Source: an uncultured virus (IMG/VR IMGVR_UViG_3300033163_000174)
Lineage: Duplodnaviria; Heunggongvirae; Uroviricota; Caudoviricetes
Strand: one strand, 5' to 3'
DNA length: 64,000 nucleotides
Virus record (IMG/VR): IMGVR_UViG_3300033163_000174
Part shown: one piece after another, positions 19,328 through 29,316 of the stretch
Numbering within the stretch: position 1 is the stretch's first letter
How the letters are laid out: every line of letters starts with the position of its first letter
Made by a program: the position numbers and the translations under genes
The notes under the pieces: model-generated
The model's database searches: none
What the model was told of the DNA's origin: nothing
Seen by the model: the letters and a program-made list of their open reading frames with translations, nothing else

Positions 19328-19861
19328 ATGAGTAAAGAAACGAAGGTAGTCGTACCAGGGAGATTAAGCTATGTGAATGTTTGGGAGCCAAAAAGTATCA
19401 ATGGAAGTGATCCAAAGTATAGCGTTTCCATCATTATCCCTAAGACAGATAAGAAAACTGTTAATGCTGTTATGAAGGCTGTAGAAGCTGCAAAGCAAGA
19501 AGGAGCAGTAAAGTTTGGAGGAAAGATTCCAGCTAATATTAAAACCCCTCTTCGAGATGGAGATATCGATAGACCTGATGATCCTAACTATGAAGGTTGC
19601 TACTTTATTAACGCCAATTCAAAAGATGCACCTCAAGTGGTGGATGGAAAGGTACAACCCATCCTCGATAGAAGCGAAGTCTACTCAGGGTGTTACGGGA
19701 AGGTCAGCCTTAATCTATATGCTTTTAATGTTAATGGCAATAGAGGAATTGCAGCGGGACTTGGCAATGTGCAAAAGCTTAAAGACGGTGAACCTTTGGG
19801 TGGAAAGAGTAGAGCAGAAGATGACTTTGAAATCGAAGCAGACGATGATTTCTTGGCCTAA
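19328..19861 (+). CDS. DUF2815 ssDNA-binding protein
   Basis: PLRDGD, YSGCY, GLGNVQK; acidic C-terminal tail. Confidence 0.88.
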   Translation: MSKETKVVVPGRLSYVNVWEPKSINGSDPKYSVSIIIPKTDKKTVNAVMKAVEAAKQEGAVKFGGKIPANIKTPLRDGDIDRPDDPNYEGCYFINANSKDAPQVVDGKVQPILDRSEVYSGCYGKVSLNLYAFNVNGNRGIAAGLGNVQKLKDGEPLGGKSRAEDDFEIEADDDFLA

Positions 19862-19890
19862 TACTTTAAAAGAGAGGAGGCGGTAAATCC

Positions 19891-21846
19891 ATGAAAACTT
19901 TATCCATCGACATCGAGTCATTCTCAGACATTGACCTAAGTAAGTGTGGTGTTTACCGCTACACCGATAGTCCAAATTTTGACATTCTTCTCTTTGCCTA
20001 CAGCATGGATGAAGGTCCGGTAAAGCTTATTGATTTAGCCAGTGGAGAAGAAATGCCAGATGAAATTATAAAAGCTATTTTGAGTAAAGACATTATCAAG
20101 ACAGCCTTTAATGCCAACTTTGAAAGAGTGGCTCTTATGAGATACCTCAGTAGAAAACTAAGTAAGAGTGTGTATCTTGATCCATCCTCTTGGAGATGCA
20201 GTGAGGTTCAGGCAGCAATGCTTGGACTTCCTCTCCACCTAGAGGGAGTAGCTAGAGTATTAAGACTTGATGTGCAGAAAATGGCTGAAGGAAAACCCCT
20301 TATAAGATACTTTTGTATTCCCTGTAAGCCTACAGCAGCTAATGGCGGAAGAAGTAGAAACCTACCTATTCATGCACCAGATAAGTGGCAGTTATTTAAA
20401 GAGTACAACATTAGAGACGTTGAGGTGGAACTAGCCATCAGAGAAAAAATAAAAGACTTTCCAATACCAGAAACTGAGCAAGCTCTCTATGAACTAGACC
20501 AGCGCATCAACGATAGAGGTTTTAAAGCAGATATGGAATTTGTTATGCAGGCCATATCCTGCGACAGACAGTTTACTGTAGCAGCCACAGAAAAAGCCTA
20601 TGAACTGACGGGTCTTGAAAATCCGAACTCCGTATCCCAGCTTAAGGATTGGTTATCGGAGAGGGGAGTAGAAGTAGAAAGCCTTTCAAAGAAAAACGTA
20701 AAAGAACTGGTAAATGAAACGGAAGGTGAAGTAGAGGAAGCCTTAAAGCTTAGGCTCCTTATGGCAAAGACCAGTGTTAAAAAATATGAAGCCATTGAAA
20801 GGGCAGTCTGTTCAGATGGCAGAGTCCATGGACTATTTCAGTTCTATGGGGCCAACCGCACTGGGCGATTTGCAGGAAGGCTAGTCCAGGTTCAAAACCT
20901 ACCCCAAAACCATCTAAAAGATTTAAAGCTCGCTAGGGATTTAGTAAAAGAAGGTCGCTTTGATGACCTTGAGATGTTATTTGGCAATACACCAGGTGTC
21001 CTATCAGAACTGATAAGAACCGCCTTTATCCCTAAAGAAAACCACAGGTTTATCGTAGCTGACTTTTCAGCTATAGAAGCCAGAGTATTATCTTGGCTTG
21101 CCGGTGAAAAGTGGCGGATTGAGGTTTTTAAATCCCATGGGAAAATCTATGAAGCTTCAGCATCTCAGATGTTTCATGTTCCCATAGATGAAATTACAAA
21201 GGGTAGCCCACTAAGGCAAAAAGGGAAAATTTCGGAACTGGCCTGTGGCTATGGCGGCGGAGTTGGCGCATTAAAATCCATGGGGGCCTTAGAAATGGGA
21301 GTAGAAGAACATGAGCTACAAGGCCTTATCGATAACTGGCGAAGGGCCAATCCCCACATTGTTAACTTTTGGTGGGAAGTAGACAAGATGGCCATTAAAG
21401 CTGTTAAGGAAAGAACCAGGACTAGAACCCATGGAATCCTCTTCACCTATAAAAGCGGTATGCTTTTTATCACCCTTCCATCTGGAAGAGACCTGGTTTA
21501 TGTAAAACCAAAGCTAATGCTAAATAAATTCGGAAGAGAAGGACTGACCTATGAAGGGATCGGGACTACGAAAAAGTGGGAGAGGATAGAGACCTATGGA
21601 CCTAAGATTGTTGAGAATATTGTTCAAGCTGCATCAAGGGATCTACTAGCAGAAGCTATGCTAAGGCTTGATAAAGCAGGGTTTGACATTGTGGCCCATG
21701 TACATGATGAGGTCATTTGTGAAGTACCAGTGGGGGAGTCCAGCGTAGAGGAAATTTGTAAAATTATGAGCGTAAATCCTAAGTGGGCAAAAGGACTACC
21801 CTTAGATGCAGATGGGTTTTCATGTGATTTTTATCAAAAAGACTAG
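19891..21846 (+). CDS. Phage family A DNA polymerase
   Basis: DIE exonuclease motif, RTGRFAG, DFSAIEAR, KISELACGYGG, HVHDE. Confidence 0.92.
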   Translation: MKTLSIDIESFSDIDLSKCGVYRYTDSPNFDILLFAYSMDEGPVKLIDLASGEEMPDEIIKAILSKDIIKTAFNANFERVALMRYLSRKLSKSVYLDPSSWRCSEVQAAMLGLPLHLEGVARVLRLDVQKMAEGKPLIRYFCIPCKPTAANGGRSRNLPIHAPDKWQLFKEYNIRDVEVELAIREKIKDFPIPETEQALYELDQRINDRGFKADMEFVMQAISCDRQFTVAATEKAYELTGLENPNSVSQLKDWLSERGVEVESLSKKNVKELVNETEGEVEEALKLRLLMAKTSVKKYEAIERAVCSDGRVHGLFQFYGANRTGRFAGRLVQVQNLPQNHLKDLKLARDLVKEGRFDDLEMLFGNTPGVLSELIRTAFIPKENHRFIVADFSAIEARVLSWLAGEKWRIEVFKSHGKIYEASASQMFHVPIDEITKGSPLRQKGKISELACGYGGGVGALKSMGALEMGVEEHELQGLIDNWRRANPHIVNFWWEVDKMAIKAVKERTRTRTHGILFTYKSGMLFITLPSGRDLVYVKPKLMLNKFGREGLTYEGIGTTKKWERIETYGPKIVENIVQAASRDLLAEAMLRLDKAGFDIVAHVHDEVICEVPVGESSVEEICKIMSVNPKWAKGLPLDADGFSCDFYQKD

Positions 21847-21891
21847 TAGGAAGAAAGCCGGACAAAGGATAAAGAAATGGAGGAGATATAG

Positions 21892-22071
21892 ATGATATCT
21901 AAGGAGTACGGAAAATACACATTAGTTTGCGATATATGCGGAGCAGGTACAGATGAGGAATTTGAAACCTTTCAAGATGCTGTAGATGCTAGAGGAGACA
22001 TTGGGTGGAAGAGTAAGAAAATCATTGATGAATGGGCAGATGTTTGTCCTGACTGTATAGAAGAGGATTAA
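21892..22071 (+). CDS. 59-aa Zn-finger protein (absent from ORF track)
   Basis: GGAGGAG RBS; MISKEYGKYTLVCDICG...DVCPDCIEED. Confidence 0.75.
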   Translation: MISKEYGKYTLVCDICGAGTDEEFETFQDAVDARGDIGWKSKKIIDEWADVCPDCIEED

Positions 22072-22124
22072 TACATTTAAGTTTTTAGTTGCGGTTCATC
22101 AATCAAGAATAGAAGGAGGACGCC

Positions 22125-24677
22125 ATGAAATTTATAATCTCAACAGGCAATAGCCGTAAAGATAAATTTTGGAAAGAACAGACGGTGTCCTGGGAGGAGT
22201 TTACAGAGAGGCTCTCCCGAACCACCGTCACCAGTGAAACTCAGGAAGAGTACCTGAAGATGAAAAAGTACCAGCAAGACAATGTAAAAGATGTGGGTGG
22301 TTTTGTAGCCGGACAGCTTAAAGATGGAAGAAGAACAAAGCACAGCGTTATAAACCGCTCTATGCTAACCCTTGATATGGATTATGCAGATGATGCTGAA
22401 TCTATAGCAGAAAATATGGAACTGCTTTATGGGTATGCAGCAACCATTTACTCCACCCATAAACATACACCGGAAAAGCCAAGGTTAAGACTGATCATTC
22501 CACTGTCTAGAGTTGTTACAGCTGATGAGTATCAAGCAGTTAGCAGAATGATTGCCAAAGAAGTTGGTATTGAGTTATTTGATGATACCACCTATGAACC
22601 TAATAGACTGATGTACTGGCCAAGCACTTCATCTGATGGAGAGTACTTCTATAGGGAAATCAAAGGGGATTTCTTAAACCCTGACGGCATCTTAAAGTTT
22701 TATGAAAACTGGCAGGATTCATCATCATGGCCTGTGTCATCAAGACAAACCACACTTTTAAAGAAGCTGATGAAAAAGCAGGCAGATCCTATTAGAAAAG
22801 AAGGCCTTATTGGAGCATTTTGTAGGAGCTATACCATAGAAGAAGCCATTGAAACCTTCCTCTCAGATATCTATGAGCCTAGTGTGATGCCTGAGCGTTA
22901 CGACTATACTCCAGCCGATTCCACAGCGGGAGTTGTCATCTATAACGGGAAATATGCCTACTCCCATCACGCAACAGATCCTGCTTGTGGTCAGTTATGT
23001 AATGCCTTTGATTTAGTAAGGATCCACCTTTATGGGGATTTGGATGAAGGAGTCGATGAAAAGAAACAGCTGCCATCATCTAAATCAACACTACCATCTG
23101 TCAAAGCCATGCTTGAGTTTTGCTTAGAAGATGAAAAAGTGAAAAGGCAACTAGCCAAAGAACGGGCAGAGGAAATAAATAGAGAGTTTGAAAAGGTAGA
23201 AGAAGACGAGTGTGATGCAGATAAATCCAGCACTAAAGTTACACCAAGCAGTAAAGATAAATCAAATACTAAAAATACACCAAGCAGTAAAGAAAAAAGT
23301 AACGAGGAAGCCTCTGAAAACGAAGACTCCACTGAAGAAGATGATCTCACTTGGCAGCTGGAGCTTGAACTTAATAAAAACGGAACGGTAAAAGATACAC
23401 CGACCAATATTCTAACTATCATGAGACACGACTCAAGGCTTCAGGCCATTGCTTATAACCAGATGAACCATCTTCTAGATGTTAATGGAGAGTTACCTTG
23501 GGAACAGGTAAAGGATGGATGGAATGATGCAGATTTTGCAAATCTCAAGATGTATCTAGATAGGCATTATGGCATTTGGTCACCTGCAAAGGTAAAAGAT
23601 GCTCTTACCACAGCAGCATCAGAGAGACTTTTTCATCCTATTAGAGATTATCTAGATGCACTGCCGGTTTGGGACGGAACCGAGAGGGTGGATAGGCTTC
23701 TTATCGACTATCTAGGTGCAGAGGATAACCCGTATACAAGGGCTATTATGAGAAAAACCTTAGTGGCAGCAGTGGCTAGAATTTATGAGCCGGGGACAAA
23801 GTTTGACTATATTTTGGTCCTAAATGGACCACAGGGAATTGGAAAATCCACCTTCTTTGCAAAGCTTGGAGGTAAGTGGTTTTCAGATAGTTTAACAGTA
23901 TCTGATATGCGAGATAAGTCAGGAGCAGAAAAGCTTCAAGGTTACTGGATCCTAGAACTAGGAGAGCTGGCAGGGCTTAGAAAGATAGATGTAGAAACGG
24001 TGAAATCCTTTATTACTAGAACAGATGACAAGTTTAGGCACAGCTACGGGGTCAATGTAGAGAGTCATCCGAGGCAATGTATTATCGTGGGAAGCACGAA
24101 TAGCACCAGTGGTTTCTTAAGAGATGTCACCGGTAATAGAAGGTTCTGGCCAGTAAGGGTGAAGCAAAGTAAAAAGAAGGTCTGGGAGATGACAGATATA
24201 GATCAGATTTGGGCAGAAGCCCTTGAAATGTATAGGGCAGGAGAACCTCTTATCTTAATAGGAGAAGAAGAAAAGATGGCCTATGAAGAACAGCGTGATG
24301 CTATGGAAGCCGACGACCGTGAAGGTTTGGTGGAGCAGTATCTTGAAAAGCCGCTACCTGATAACTGGGCGAAGATGGACATTTATGAAAGACGTAGCTA
24401 CCTTGCAGGGCAGAGTGAATTTGGTGAGGAGATCCCAGAAGGAGCCAATCGAAGAGATAGAGTATGCTGCCTTGAGATTTGGTGTGAGTGCTTTGGAAAA
24501 GAGAGAAACGCCATTCGAAGAGCGGATTCCTATGAAATTGAAGGGATCTTGATGCGACTTGGTGGTTGGAAACGCTATGAGGGCAATAAGAGAGGAAATA
24601 TGAGATTCCCAATATACAACGCTCAAAGAGCCTTTGTTAGAGAGGGATATGAGGATACTGACGATGATAGCGATTAA
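22125..24677 (+). CDS. Primase-helicase, virulence-associated E (VirE/VapE) family
   Basis: N-terminal LDMD, STHKH..PRLR; Walker A GPQGIGKS; TGNRRFWP. Confidence 0.88.
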   Translation: MKFIISTGNSRKDKFWKEQTVSWEEFTERLSRTTVTSETQEEYLKMKKYQQDNVKDVGGFVAGQLKDGRRTKHSVINRSMLTLDMDYADDAESIAENMELLYGYAATIYSTHKHTPEKPRLRLIIPLSRVVTADEYQAVSRMIAKEVGIELFDDTTYEPNRLMYWPSTSSDGEYFYREIKGDFLNPDGILKFYENWQDSSSWPVSSRQTTLLKKLMKKQADPIRKEGLIGAFCRSYTIEEAIETFLSDIYEPSVMPERYDYTPADSTAGVVIYNGKYAYSHHATDPACGQLCNAFDLVRIHLYGDLDEGVDEKKQLPSSKSTLPSVKAMLEFCLEDEKVKRQLAKERAEEINREFEKVEEDECDADKSSTKVTPSSKDKSNTKNTPSSKEKSNEEASENEDSTEEDDLTWQLELELNKNGTVKDTPTNILTIMRHDSRLQAIAYNQMNHLLDVNGELPWEQVKDGWNDADFANLKMYLDRHYGIWSPAKVKDALTTAASERLFHPIRDYLDALPVWDGTERVDRLLIDYLGAEDNPYTRAIMRKTLVAAVARIYEPGTKFDYILVLNGPQGIGKSTFFAKLGGKWFSDSLTVSDMRDKSGAEKLQGYWILELGELAGLRKIDVETVKSFITRTDDKFRHSYGVNVESHPRQCIIVGSTNSTSGFLRDVTGNRRFWPVRVKQSKKKVWEMTDIDQIWAEALEMYRAGEPLILIGEEEKMAYEEQRDAMEADDREGLVEQYLEKPLPDNWAKMDIYERRSYLAGQSEFGEEIPEGANRRDRVCCLEIWCECFGKERNAIRRADSYEIEGILMRLGGWKRYEGNKRGNMRFPIYNAQRAFVREGYEDTDDDSD

Positions 24678-24712
24678 AACCAAAAGGGTTAGTGAACCCA
24701 TAAATTTGAATT

Positions 24713-24980
24713 TGTAGTCTGAGGACTAGAAATGTGTAGTCTAACTTATGACATGTAGACCGGGAATAGGTGAAAATGTGTAGTCTGATGTAGTCTAAAA
24801 ATTCTCAGTCTACACCTTGGACTACAAGGCTAGAACAGCTTAAATCAAGGGTTTCAGTACGTTAGTAGTCTATGTAGGAGATAACTTAATTGATTAATTA
24901 TTTTACTAGTAATAATAGTAACATAGCCTACATACGCGCGTATAGGTTTTAAACCCTTCAGACTACAACTATAGACTACA
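24713..24980. repeat. Iteron cluster, putative phage replication origin
   Basis: TGTAGTCT at 24713, 24735, 24779, 24789; inverted (A/G)GACTACA at 24819, 24960, 24973; AT-rich core. Confidence 0.7.
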
Positions 24981-25003
24981 AGAATGAAAAGCAAAAAAAT
25001 GTT

Positions 25004-25047
25004 AGAGGAAGTAAAACTTATTTTGAGAGGAAGTAAAACTTATTTTG
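25004..25047. repeat. 22-bp tandem duplication
   Basis: AGAGGAAGTAAAACTTATTTTG x2. Confidence 0.9.
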
Positions 25048-25104
25048 AATAGATATTTCTTCAGTGCTTAATAGGCACCTAAGTTAAAAGTAACAGAAAT
25101 TGAG

Positions 25105-25404
25105 GTGATAGAGGTGACAGAAAAGGAACTAGAGCTAATGCTTGTAAAAGAAGTGAAAAGAAGAGGCGGTAGAGCCTATAAGTTTATATCCCCAGGATTA
25201 AATGGGGTGCCCGATAGATTGGTACTAATGCCAGGCGGAAAGATGGGATTTGTTGAGGTGAAAGCACCTGGAAAGAAGATGCGGCCAAATCAGATAAAGA
25301 GAAAAGGGGAGCTGGAAGGGCTAGGGTTTTTGGTTTATTGCCTAGATAACCCAGCGGATATAGGAGGTGTGGTAGATGGGATTGCCGGAAGTAGTACTAC
25401 CTAA
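25105..25404 (+). CDS. VRR-NUC domain nuclease
   Basis: GVPDRLVL..FVEVKAPG..Q. Confidence 0.9.
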   Translation: MIEVTEKELELMLVKEVKRRGGRAYKFISPGLNGVPDRLVLMPGGKMGFVEVKAPGKKMRPNQIKRKGELEGLGFLVYCLDNPADIGGVVDGIAGSSTT

Positions 25405-26776
25405 ATCAAGACTACCGTACTGCCCTCATGAATATCAAACCCACTGCACAGAGTTTATTTTGGAGAACAACTCTGCAGGACTTTTCCTAGACATGGGACT
25501 TGGAAAAAGTGTAATAACCCTAACCGCTCTAGTGGATCTTTTACATGACCGGTTTGAAGTGTCAAAGGTCTTGGTGATTGCTCCACTAAGGGTTGCCAAC
25601 ACCACATGGCTGGATGAAGTTTTAAAGTGGAAGCATACAAAGGAACTTAGGGTTTCAAGAGTTCTTGGAAGTGCAAAGGAAAGAACCATGGCCCTATATA
25701 AAAAGGCTGATATCTATACCATCAACAGAGAGAATGTTCCTTGGCTGGTGGAGTTTTATAAAAACGAGTGGCCCTTTGATATGGTCATTATCGATGAACT
25801 TTCAAGTTTCAAATCTCCATCGGCTAAAAGGTTCAGAGCACTTAAAAAAGTCAGACATAAAATTAAAAGGATTGTAGGTCTTACTGGAACACCTGCACCC
25901 AATGGACTCTTAGATATTTGGAGTCAAATCTACCTCTTAGATGGAGGGGAGAGACTGGGAAGAACCTTTAGTGGATACCGAAGCCGATATTTCCACCCAC
26001 AGAAATATGTGAACGGTGGAATACCAGCAGATTATGTTCTGAACGATGATGCAGAAGATAAAATCTATGACAAAATATCAGACATTTGTATTAGCATGAA
26101 GGCTTTAGAGTATCTGAAGATGCCGGAAATTATCTTTAACAAAGTGGAAGTGGAACTATCTGAAAAGGAAATGAAGCTTTATAAAAAGCTAGAGAGGGAC
26201 TTGCTTCTTCCCCTAGAGGATAGTGAAGTGGATGCTGTTAATGCAGCGGTGCTGTCAAACAAGCTTCTTCAAATGTCAGGAGGAACGGTCTATGACGAGT
26301 ACGGAGATGTACACCGGATCCATGACAGGAAGCTGGATGCTTTGGAGGATTTAATCGAAGCCGCCAATGGTAAACCGGTTTTAATCTACTATGGATTTAA
26401 ACATGAGAGAGAAAGAATAAAAAGTAGATTTGATGCGGGAGAGATTAACACCTCTGATGATATAGCAAGGTGGAATAGGGGAGAGATGAAAATCGCTCTG
26501 TGCCATCCTGCATCAGCAGGTCACGGACTCAATCTTCAAGAAGGTGGATCCACAATTATTTGGTACAGCGTGACCTGGAGCTTAGAACTTTACCAACAAG
26601 CCAATGCCAGACTATGGCGGCAAGGTCAAAAGCAGACGGTGGTTATAAATCACTTGCTAGCAAGGGACACGATTGATCACAAAGTGATGATGGCTCTTGA
26701 TAATAAAGACACAGGGCAAAAGGCACTAATTGAAGCGGTTAAGGCTAGGATTACTAATTTGAGAAACGGAGGATGA
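25376..26776 (+). CDS. SNF2-family helicase
   Basis: DMGLGKS, DELS, LTGTP, QANARLWRQGQ. Confidence 0.92.
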   Translation: MGLPEVVLPKSRLPYCPHEYQTHCTEFILENNSAGLFLDMGLGKSVITLTALVDLLHDRFEVSKVLVIAPLRVANTTWLDEVLKWKHTKELRVSRVLGSAKERTMALYKKADIYTINRENVPWLVEFYKNEWPFDMVIIDELSSFKSPSAKRFRALKKVRHKIKRIVGLTGTPAPNGLLDIWSQIYLLDGGERLGRTFSGYRSRYFHPQKYVNGGIPADYVLNDDAEDKIYDKISDICISMKALEYLKMPEIIFNKVEVELSEKEMKLYKKLERDLLLPLEDSEVDAVNAAVLSNKLLQMSGGTVYDEYGDVHRIHDRKLDALEDLIEAANGKPVLIYYGFKHERERIKSRFDAGEINTSDDIARWNRGEMKIALCHPASAGHGLNLQEGGSTIIWYSVTWSLELYQQANARLWRQGQKQTVVINHLLARDTIDHKVMMALDNKDTGQKALIEAVKARITNLRNGG

Positions 26777-26780
26777 AGAA

Positions 26781-27209
26781 ATGAGTGTTAATAAATTTAA
26801 TTCAGAAGGTTATCATGACCCAACGGTTTATGAAGCCCTTACAAATATAGAAAAAGAAGAAAAGGTTAAGCGAAAGAAAAAGATTGTATTTATCTGCAGT
26901 CCCTTTGCAGGGGATATGGAAGGGAACACCCTAAAGGCTAGAAGGTATGGTAGATTTGCAGCTACTCAAAATGCAGTGCCGATTATTCCACATCTCATGT
27001 ACCCACAGTTTCTAGAGGAAGAAGATCCAAAAGAAAGACAGCTGGGAATTGATATGGGATTGGTGCTACTTGGTAAGTGCCATGAGATATGGGTCTTCGG
27101 AGATAGAATTTCATCCGGCATGGCAGCTGAGATAAAGAAAGCTAAAAGATGGAATATTCCTATTAGATATTTTTCAAATGAGTGTGTGGAAAGAGAGGGA
27201 GAAAAGTGA
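26781..27209 (+). CDS. DUF4406-like phage protein
   Basis: ICSPFAGD, PHLMYPQFL, SSGMAAEI. Confidence 0.75.
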   Translation: MSVNKFNSEGYHDPTVYEALTNIEKEEKVKRKKKIVFICSPFAGDMEGNTLKARRYGRFAATQNAVPIIPHLMYPQFLEEEDPKERQLGIDMGLVLLGKCHEIWVFGDRISSGMAAEIKKAKRWNIPIRYFSNECVEREGEK

Positions 27210-27436
27210 TGATGGAAAAAGAATGCTTTGCTTATAAAAACAGTAGATGTAAGGCTTTAAAAGTTAAAAAGTGTGAAGGGACAAGCTGTGGCTTCTTTAA
27301 AACGAAAGCACAGATATTAGAAGACCAAGAACGTGTTTTTAAAAGAATCAAATCCTTAGATGCACCTAGCAGAATAAATATTATGGAGCTTTATTACAAA
27401 GGGAAGATGAGTCTTTTAGATGAAGTGGAGGGATAA
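27209..27436 (+). CDS. Cys-rich hypothetical protein
   Basis: CFAY..CKAL..C..CGFFKT. Confidence 0.7.
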   Translation: MMEKECFAYKNSRCKALKVKKCEGTSCGFFKTKAQILEDQERVFKRIKSLDAPSRINIMELYYKGKMSLLDEVEG

Positions 27437-27438
27437 GG

Positions 27439-27858
27439 ATGAATGCAAAAGAATATTTATCACAGGCCACCTGGTTAGACCAGATGATTGATAGTAAGCT
27501 AGAACAATTGACTACGCTTAAGAGCCTAGCCATGAAGGTAACATCAAGTTTTACTAAGGAAAAAATCTGCGGTGGAAATATTGAAAAGAGCAAGATGGAA
27601 AGCACCATTGTGAAAGTCATTGACCTAGAAAATGAAATCAATGCTGATATAGACAGATTGATTGATCTAAAAAGGGACATTCAAGATACCATTAATAAGA
27701 TGGACGATATCAACCAACAGCTCCTATTAGAACTTAGATATCTTAGTGGAAAAGGGTGGGATGAGATAGCGGCCACCATGGGTTATGATCCAAGAACTGT
27801 TTATAGGATTCATGGAAAAGCCTTAAAAGAATTTGAAAGGATGAAATTGTGTCAGTAA
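27439..27858 (+). CDS. RinA/ArpU (DUF1492)-like late transcriptional activator
   Basis: MNAKEYLSQ, LLELRYL..WDEIA..YRIHGKAL; last gene of the early operon. Confidence 0.85.
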   Translation: MNAKEYLSQATWLDQMIDSKLEQLTTLKSLAMKVTSSFTKEKICGGNIEKSKMESTIVKVIDLENEINADIDRLIDLKRDIQDTINKMDDINQQLLLELRYLSGKGWDEIAATMGYDPRTVYRIHGKALKEFERMKLCQ

Positions 27859-27894
27859 ATGTCAGTGAATGTCAGTAGGTACACGTGTTATAGT
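27850..27894 (+). promoter_or_regulatory. Late promoter with phased activator repeats
   Basis: TGTCAGT at 27850, 27860, 27870; extended -10 TGtTATAGT at 27886-27894. Confidence 0.75.
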
Positions 27895-27997
27895 ATATGG
27901 TGTAAAGGTATAGGAAATCCTAGAACACCATATGCTGTAGCATACGCCTACGTTATATCGATTCGAATCTTAGGAAACGCAGCATTCTTGGATCAAG

Positions 27998-28036
27998 GCT
28001 CTGGTTAATGAACTGGAGCTTTTTCTATACCTTTGT
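27998..28036 (+). repeat. 39-bp direct repeat copy 1 (terminator-like hairpin)
   Basis: GCTCTGGTTAATGAACTGGAGCTTTTTCTATACCTTTGT, identical to 29988-30026. Confidence 0.95.
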
Positions 28037-28109
28037 TTAAAAAAGTGATGATTTTAAAACAAATTTCACTTTAATGAATAAAATATGTTATAAATACGTA
28101 ACATAACTA

Positions 28110-28138
28110 TTGATTCTCATCATAGAATGTTATATAAT
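28110..28138 (+). promoter_or_regulatory. Sigma-A promoter of the moron
   Basis: TTGATT-17 bp-TATAAT. Confidence 0.7.
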
Positions 28139-28160
28139 TAAGACAATAGGAGGGGTCGAT

Positions 28161-28517
28161 ATGAGTTATGCAATTGGTAGTAGAATAAAAGAACTTCGCA
28201 CCGTTCGTAAGATAGGCCAGGAGCAAATGGCTGAACTATTAGAAACTACAAGACAGAGATATGCTCGTTTGGAAAATGGGCAAGTAGATATTTCTTATGT
28301 GATTATAAAAAAGATTGCTGATTATTTAGGAGTTTCCGTAAAAGAGATTACAAGTGCAGAGCAGGAAGAAAAAGAATTGGTTGCTTATTTTAGAGAAAAA
28401 AATACCGGAGAAGAAGTGGTTAATTCTATCGCTAAGATTCAAGAAATTTTAAGGGTTTTTCATGCTCATGAAAAATTGTATTATCAAACTAAGGGAAATG
28501 ATGCGTATGTGGATTGA
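28161..28517 (+). CDS. XRE-family HTH protein
   Basis: IKELR..QEQMAELLETTRQRYARLENG; AGGAGG RBS. Confidence 0.9.
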   Translation: MSYAIGSRIKELRTVRKIGQEQMAELLETTRQRYARLENGQVDISYVIIKKIADYLGVSVKEITSAEQEEKELVAYFREKNTGEEVVNSIAKIQEILRVFHAHEKLYYQTKGNDAYVD

Positions 28518-29316
28518 TAAAACAGAGATAGAAAAAAGAGCTATCGATGAAAGAAAAAACATTCAAACTTACGGGGTAAAAGATATTTTTAGTGTCATCC
28601 GTCAAAAAGATATTCAGTTAATACGCTACCCTTTTGGTAAGGACACGATATTGGGCTTTGCTACTCTTTTTGAAGGTAAAAAAGTGATTGTATCAAATTC
28701 ATCTGAAATACTTTCTAGAGAAATATTTACGATTGCTCATGAGTTAGGTCATGTTATATACGACCTTAAAGATTCGACGACGAATGTTAGAATTGATGTT
28801 GATATACAAGAGAATTCTGAAGACGTAGCAGAAAAGAGAGCCTTTCATTTTGCAAATTGTTTTTTAATGCCTGAAGAGGAACTTAGAAAATTTATTAAGT
28901 ATGAATTGAGAAAAAAACTCCAAGAATTAAATGCGTTTGATATTGTAAGGATGCAATTAGAGTTTCAGGTGAGCTACGCAGCTTTGTTAGTTAGGTTATA
29001 TGAACTTGAATTGATCAGTGCAAGTCAAAAATCAAAACTATTTGATAAGCGAGACGCAATGACATTGAAAGCCTTGTTTAATAAGTTAGACGCCGAAGAG
29101 AAATTATTAAAACCATCTAGTGTTATTGAAGTTCCACCAAATTATTTAGAGTTTATAACGAGTAATTATGAAAATAAATATATTCCCTATTCTAGCTTAG
29201 AAAAAGCCCTGTCACTTATAGGTATGGATGCATCTAGCTTCAAGGAGGAACTACCAAATCAAGAAAATGAAGAGAATCTTGATATTGATGATATTTTTGA
29301 GGAGTTTGAAGAATGA
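28507..29316 (+). CDS. ImmA/IrrE family Zn metallopeptidase (start approximate)
   Basis: FTIAHELGH, EKRAFHFANCFLMP, FQVS motifs. Confidence 0.88.
   Translation: MWIDKTEIEKRAIDERKNIQTYGVKDIFSVIRQKDIQLIRYPFGKDTILGFATLFEGKKVIVSNSSEILSREIFTIAHELGHVIYDLKDSTTNVRIDVDIQENSEDVAEKRAFHFANCFLMPEEELRKFIKYELRKKLQELNAFDIVRMQLEFQVSYAALLVRLYELELISASQKSKLFDKRDAMTLKALFNKLDAEEKLLKPSSVIEVPPNYLEFITSNYENKYIPYSSLEKALSLIGMDASSFKEELPNQENEENLDIDDIFEEFEE

Noticed and set aside
19515..19886. 123-aa alternative-frame ORF inside the SSB gene
   Set aside because: No recognisable motif or precedent, unlike the methyltransferase overlap
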